Of a stretch of DNA of 64,000 nucleotides, positions 59,101-64,000 are shown piece after piece. Position 1 is the stretch's first letter, and the number at the start of each line of letters is the position of its first letter. Origin of the DNA: Macrostomum hystrix (lineage: Eukaryota; Animalia; Platyhelminthes); NCBI GenBank assembly GCA_950097015.1, contig CATNEN010000033.1:930001-994000 (forward strand), in the 5' to 3' direction. The notes beneath the pieces were generated by a model. That model did no database searches and was not told the origin of the DNA. It saw nothing but the letters and a program-made list of their open reading frames with translations. A program made the position numbers and the translations under genes.

Positions 59101-62100
59101 GTTTAAATGACGTCACTGTTTAAATGACGTCACTGTTTAAATGACGTCACTGTTTAAATGACGTCACTGTTTAAATGACGTCACTGTTTAAATGACGTCA
59201 CTGTTTAAATGACGTCACTGTTTAAATGACGTCACTGTTTAAATGACGTCACAGTTTAAATGACGATGCAGCTTGAATGACATTTTTTGAAGACTTCTAG
59301 TCTGAAGTCTATCGGACGCTGTTATCTCACTTTGGGCGTAATCTTTCATCGACGTTTTCCCTGAAGCTTATTGTCAGATCATCATAAGCTTGGAGTCCAG
59401 AGTTATTGATTAAAAATACTATAATTGCGGCTTTTCTTCAATTGATCCAAAAAATCTGACCTTGGCCATATGAACAATTTTTGCTACTTGTGCTCGTCGC
59501 AGAAATGCCCCAGAATTGACCCAGAGTGCCCCAGTCGCAATCTCGAGAGGCGGGGTGCCTCGGTGCGAACTCTAGAGCAGCTGGGACTCGCGGAAAACAC
59601 TTCCACGATTCGTTATGCGCCTATCGCTACTAAGCCATGAATAATACAGCAGCCGCTGCAACTACTGGCCATGGAGGGGCCGCGACTGTTGAACAAGAAA
59701 TCCAGTTTAAACCTGTCGGCGAGACTCGAGGAAGAAGTTCCGAGATTAGCATTGGCCCCCTAAAGCGTCCTCCGTCTAAAAGCAACTCGAACTGTCAATC
59801 AAAAGAAGCTTCAGCATCTCAGATGCCCAGAATATATACTTTTTATGAACATTAATGGTCAAATCCCTTAAACTCTGAGTATCTTATGCAGACAACAAAA
59901 AGCAATTAGAAGCTCAAATTAAGACGGGAGTTAATGCGTAGAATTAATTAAGAATAATAATATTTTAATGTGATTCAAATATGGACATAATCCGGAATTA
60001 CAAATCCGAAAACCTGGTTTCCAAATCCTGCTATCTAATATCTAGGTCTTAAATTCCGATAAGCCTGATTTATAAATCGCAAAATATAACATTCTAAAAA
60101 TGCATGGCGACGAAGTCTAACTCTTGTAAGATCTTAAAATCCAGAATCATGAGATCATAAAATTAATCCCAAAAATGTTTTCCCCGTTCCCGCAGGCCGG
60201 GAGACTTCGGCGGTGCTTCTAGTCGGCATCTTCCTGTCCTACCTGTGCCCCTACCTGATGCTGCTGAAGCCGCACCTGCTGGTGTGCGCCGTGACCCGCC
60301 TGGCGCCTGGGCTCTGCTTCACCGTCTGCTACGCCGCCATCCTGGCCAAGACAAACCGCATTGCGCGCATCTTCCAGGTGTCAGCCGGCACAACCAAGCG
60401 AACCAAATTCACCAGCCCGATCTCGCAGCTCTACATCATCGGCTCCATGGTGGTCGCCGAGCTGCTCATCCTGGCTGTGGGCCTCGTTGTTGACACCCCG
60501 CGGGCTGTCGAACGGGAGACTCACGAGAGTCGAACCCTGGAGTGCAGCGGAGTTCGGGCGGCCCACCTCAGCACCGGCATCTCCTTCCCCATCGTGCTGC
60601 TGCTGCTGGCCACTCTCTACGCCTTCAAGATTCGCAAGGTCCCCGACGGGTTCAACGAGAGTCGCATGCTGGCCTTCGTGAACTACGCCAATTGCACCGT
60701 GGTGATCATCCTCATTCCGGTGATGTTCGTGCTGGACAGAGAGGCAAGTGCGGGCGCTGGGATCTAAGAGTGCAATACACATTGAGCTAGCTAAGTGCAC
60801 TAAAATTAGAAGTGTAGTTTCGAACTAATCTTTCAATCTATTAGCCTGAAGTTCTCACACAATCCCAGCAGCTGAATCCGCGGGATCGCTAATTCCTTGG
60901 AAAAAAACACGCCCCCAGATAATCCCAGCGCAGAATCGCCGCGCTGTTCCCAGATTCGGATCTGCAATGACTCTGCTTTGTGTGCCAGGGAGTACCCACC
61001 AGTGCCATTTCTTATAAGGCTGGTCTGAGATTTCGGTACAGTGCAGCATCCATGCTCAGAATATTATTCAAGCGATACATTTTCGAGTCCATCTGGGGTT
61101 CATGAGAGGATAACATTTGAAGTTATATAAAAATCGATTCCTTCTCCTTGGAAAATGAAACTGATCCAGTTTGGTCCGGTTTTATGCTTAAATTGTTAAT
61201 CATTTCAACATTAAAAGGCCAAAATTTTAACTGAAAAGTTAGAGGCCGGTATTTAATGCCGAGTCACGTGCTGATCAGTGTTCTCAATGGTAGATTTACG
61301 CACTAGGAAGCCTAGCATAAGTGCATTGATTTATGACCAAGTGTGTGTGCGCAAGACCAGCTCCTTCGGCCCATAGACAATACCCGTCTGGGATTACTGC
61401 ATAGTAGCTCAGAAGAGGGATGGCACGGAGATCAAGTGGGGCAGCACTTGTCATGTCATTTACCGCACAGTTGCGGAATTTACTGCACACTTCAATCTAT
61501 TTCTTTGATGGCCTTTGGGCCATAAACTATACACGAGCTTGAGACGTTTACGCACACTTGGTTATATGTCAATGTCCCACTCTTAGCATCTCCGCCATAA
61601 TCAATTTTGAGACTAGACCTGCAGCCAGCGAGGAGGCAATTCTGCCCATTTCGCTGACTCCTGAGCACACACGCACACAGGTGTGTACATCTGCCCTGAC
61701 TTTCTTATCGTCAGGCAGTGTATGCACTCTCACTGTGTCTTGAAGGTTGGCCTTCAAGGATGTAAATTGCATGACAAGCCCCCAAGCCTTCTCTCCGCGG
61801 CTGCCACGGAATCGAGCTCAGGGACCTTGGTGCTAGAGGCACCAAGCGACCAAACTGCGATGTTGTAATTCGAAAGCCAAGCCCAACTCCTCGCTCCGCA
61901 ATCCCGCGAAGGTGCAGACGGGCATTGTGATCTGCTACGGCATGCAGCTGTCGGCCACCGCGGTACTGCTAGGCATATTCCTGCCGCGAATCTACATCGT
62001 GCTGGCCAGGCCAGAGAAGAACACAAAGGAGGCCATCATGTGCCGGGCGCGGTCCCAGGGAGTCATCAACAATGCCAAGTACTCGCAGGTGGAGATTCGA

Positions 62101-63007
62101 AACTCAGTCAGTAAGTCGATATTGGGTAGCCGAGCTCATCAGAGATGACAAGATGACAATATACAATTAAAGTACAATTTAATTGCTAGATTATTTCTAA
62201 TATTCAATTACACTCGTACAGAAACACAAGTTTTTGTTTCGTAAAATGATGTCCTTGGACTGAGCAGTTGTACACAGCTTTTGGAAGCGCCGCGCATCGT
62301 CTAGAGAGAGATTAGAGATTAACTATTTTAAAGTACATTAGTGTAGGAAAACTACAAGAAAACTTTAAAAGTACATAGGTACGGGAAAAGTACATTAATA
62401 CTTTAAAAGTACATCGAGCCGTAAAAATTGCTGCGGGAAACTGCAAAGACCCAAAAATAGCTGTAATTTTTTACTAGTTTGAGTAATAACGCATGAAAAT
62501 AATATTAGATCTGATATAGAATGAAATAGAATATTGGATGACAAAGTCTCATTGTCCTCAGGTTCAGTCGCGCACGACGCGGCCAGCATAGTCGAGCCGA
62601 ATCCGGCAACGCCAGAAGCCGTCCGTTGCCTTGACGACGACTACGACGGCGGCGCCGGCAGCGGTGGAAATTCAACAGCGAGCCGGAATCTCAGCCGGCT
62701 GGTTCGCCGGGAGAACTCGGACCCAGGCGGCGGTGCTGTGGGGCGGCGCAGGCTGACAGTTCAATCGTGCGACTGCCGAGTGCACCGCAATGTCACATTC
62801 ACCGACGCCGGCACGTCAATGTCTGTACAGCTGCAGCAGTCGCCGCCGCCCTGGTCGTCGGTTCGGGACAGCATGGACGAAGAAGACGCATTCGGGCAAC
62901 CCGGCGAAACGATCGCTGGTTCGCCTACGTCGTCCAAGTCGCCGAGATCGCCTCTTAGTAAGCAGCAGCAGCAGTGGGATCGAGCCCAGTTCACCACAAC
63001 AGTTTGA
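44147..63007 (+). CDS. GRM: Class C GPCR, metabotropic glutamate receptor-like (mXR/mangetout-like pocket), 11 coding exons, frame disrupted in exon 8 in this sequence
   Basis: Exons 44147-44713, 46196-46308, 49463-49683, 50977-51459, 52427-52588, 56091-56204, 57164-57320, 58099-58399, 60196-60743 (GC donor), 61912-62110 and 62562-63007. Signal peptide; VFT motifs (GDLLLGALYP, VPQISYLSTS, YFLRTVPSD, NWTYV, NYG, WIGTDTW, NPWLREWFE, FVSDAV); CRD (SRCSNDC, CCWIC, CKTC); 7TM (TPLIKAS-GRE, KTNRIARIF, RKVPDGFNES, PRIYIVLARPEKN). All phases are consistent except within exon 8. Confidence 0.9.
44880..45250. repeat. ~156-bp C-rich tandem duplication in intron 1
   Basis: CTTGTCCAGC.ACCTCGCTCCATTT.CTACCCTCCC recurs at ~44894, ~45051 and ~45207. 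Confidence 0.8.
46750..46915 (-). mobile_element. SINE family 2 copy (degenerate)
   Basis: TGACTCCTGAGCACAC and CGCGGAATCGAGCTCAGGGACCTTGGTGCGAGAG are shared with the 8160 and 61617 copies. Confidence 0.65.
47950..48225. repeat. 32-bp minisatellite, each unit carrying the palindrome AGTCACGTGACT
   Basis: About 9 units of CAGTCACGTGACTTTAGAAACACCTTTTAGAT. Confidence 0.92.
48230..48515. repeat. Degenerate repeat of TTCGTCGAATTCCC
   Basis: Motif recurs more than 12 times with variable spacing. Confidence 0.85.
49705..50220. repeat. 21-bp minisatellite (GAATCTAGGATAGACGGAGAG)
   Basis: Tandem copies starting about 20 nt after the exon 3 donor. Confidence 0.95.
50855..50942. repeat. 27-bp tandem repeat, ~3 copies (GATGGCTGTGATGGGTTGTGGGATAAG)
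   Basis: Seen directly, just upstream of exon 4. Confidence 0.8.
52108..52310 (-). mobile_element. SINE family 2 copy (degenerate)
   Basis: GCCAGCGAGGAGGCAA, GCTGACTCCTAAGCAC, CCTTCTCTCCGCGGCT and GAATTCGAGCTCAGGACCTT match other copies. Confidence 0.65.
53485..53795. repeat. 9/10-bp minisatellite GTGCTCAGGG(G)
   Basis: Tandem copies. Confidence 0.95.
54465..55335. repeat. Compound (TG/TC) microsatellite
   Basis: TCTGTG/TCTCTG repeats; explains ORFs 54464-55556. Confidence 0.95.
56213..57090. repeat. Homogeneous 14-bp satellite (TAGATCCCAGATCG), ~62 copies
   Basis: No variant unit visible; starts 9 nt after the exon 6 donor. Confidence 0.97.
57360..57950. repeat. 14-bp-based satellite (GATGTGGGATCTGC/GG) with a higher-order 58-bp block
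   Basis: Tandem copies starting about 40 nt after the exon 7 donor. Confidence 0.93.
58600..59280. repeat. 17-bp repeat containing TGACGTCA: degenerate 5' part, then ~10 near-perfect units at 59088-59260
   Basis: Unit TGACGTCACTGTTTAAA. Confidence 0.93.
61617..61860 (-). mobile_element. SINE family 2, longest copy in window
   Basis: Complete body plus tRNA-like head (reverse complement ...GGTCCCTGAGCTCGATTCCGTGGCAGCCGCGGAGAGAAGG). Confidence 0.75.
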
Positions 63008-63519
63008 CTGTGACTGACAATAAAACCTGTCAAGAAGCTTGAGGATTAACTAAATTATCTAGGATTCCTTTAGCCGCATTGTCTGTTTAAATGTGACTGT
63101 CCGAAATTTATTGTTGTTGACCATAGCCATAGTTACATGCCTGTAAATCAGTGTTGATGTTACTAGACTGTTAGCAGTAGTAATGCACTAGTAAGTAGCA
63201 ATTACAAACAAGTCTGCATTTCTCCTATTATCAAAAACAGTCCTCGCACCAGGGAAACTACCTCGTTTAAAGTGGAATAGAACTGACCACCAACACTCAC
63301 GCACATGCGAGTGATAACAGAGCTTTAGGCCATTATAGCAACTATTTACATACGTCAAGCAAGCCATTACTAATTCATTGATCATTTTAATTGTAAAGCT
63401 TTCTAGCCGCCAAAGTTTCGCTTTGGAAAATGGGCCAAGTTAGGTGGGTAACTTGCTAACTGATAGTCGGCTACCTGATGAAAGTATTTGCTAAGGTGGT
63501 TATTTACGAGGCGTAGCTA

Positions 63520-64000
63520 GCTGATGGGGATACTTTGCTAACTGATGGGATACTTTGCTAGCTGATGGGGATACTTTGCTAGCTGATGGGGATACTTGAT
63601 GGGGATACTTTGCTAACTGATGGGGATACTTGATGGGGATACTTTGCTAACTGATGGGGATACTTTGCTAGCTGATGGGGATACTTGATGGGGATACTTT
63701 GCTAACTGATGGGATACTTTGCTAGCTGATGGGGATACTTTGCTAGCTGATGGGATACTTTGCTAGCTGATGGGGATACTTTGCTAACTGATGGGATACT
63801 TTGCTAGCTGATGGGATACTTTGCTAGCTGATGGGGATACTTGATGGGGATACTTTGCTAACTGATGGGGATACTTGATGGGGATACTTTGCTAACTGAT
63901 GGGGATACTTTGCTAGCTGATGGGGATACTTGATGGGGATACTTTGCTAACTGATGGGATACTTTGCTAGCTGATGGGGATACTTTGCTAGCTGATGGGA
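63520..64000. repeat. 20/21-bp minisatellite (GATGGGGATACTTTGCTAGCT), runs off window end
   Basis: Tandem copies. Confidence 0.95.

Noticed and set aside
2386-64000. Regular short repeats as possible CRISPR arrays
   Set aside because: All are head-to-tail tandem units with no unique spacers, there are no cas genes, and the context is eukaryotic.

Overview
Eukaryotic (metazoan) genomic DNA with GC-rich exons, AT-rich spacers and introns packed with minisatellites. This style suggests a flatworm such as Macrostomum (inference only). Five spliced genes could be built with phase-consistent splice sites: an unidentified beta-propeller-like gene (-, 1281-9268), a SAPCD2 homolog (+, 15801-17778), malectin (-, 19296-22238), a full-length Piwi with an intact DEDH tetrad (-, 27723-32100) and an 11-exon class C GPCR of the mGluR family (+, 44147-63007). 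The GPCR lacks the glutamate-binding Arg/Lys residues and has two frameshifts in exon 8. Mobile DNA includes a decayed Gypsy carrying an 8-bp-TSD MITE, a Tc1/IS630-like transposon with DD33E spacing, a foldback MITE and two tRNA-derived SINE families. There is also a nest of two LINEs: an RTE-like element interrupted by an Ingi-like element with both ends intact (38270-41761, 12-bp TSD). The standout is the 5' end of the Ingi-like element. Its first 68 nt fold into an HDV-like self-cleaving ribozyme starting exactly at the first base after the TSD. A short leader ending in a viral-type 2A peptide (GDVETNPGP) follows, fused to APE-RT-RNase H. This is the layout known from trypanosome L1Tc. All coordinates, alignments and folds were done by eye and need computational confirmation.
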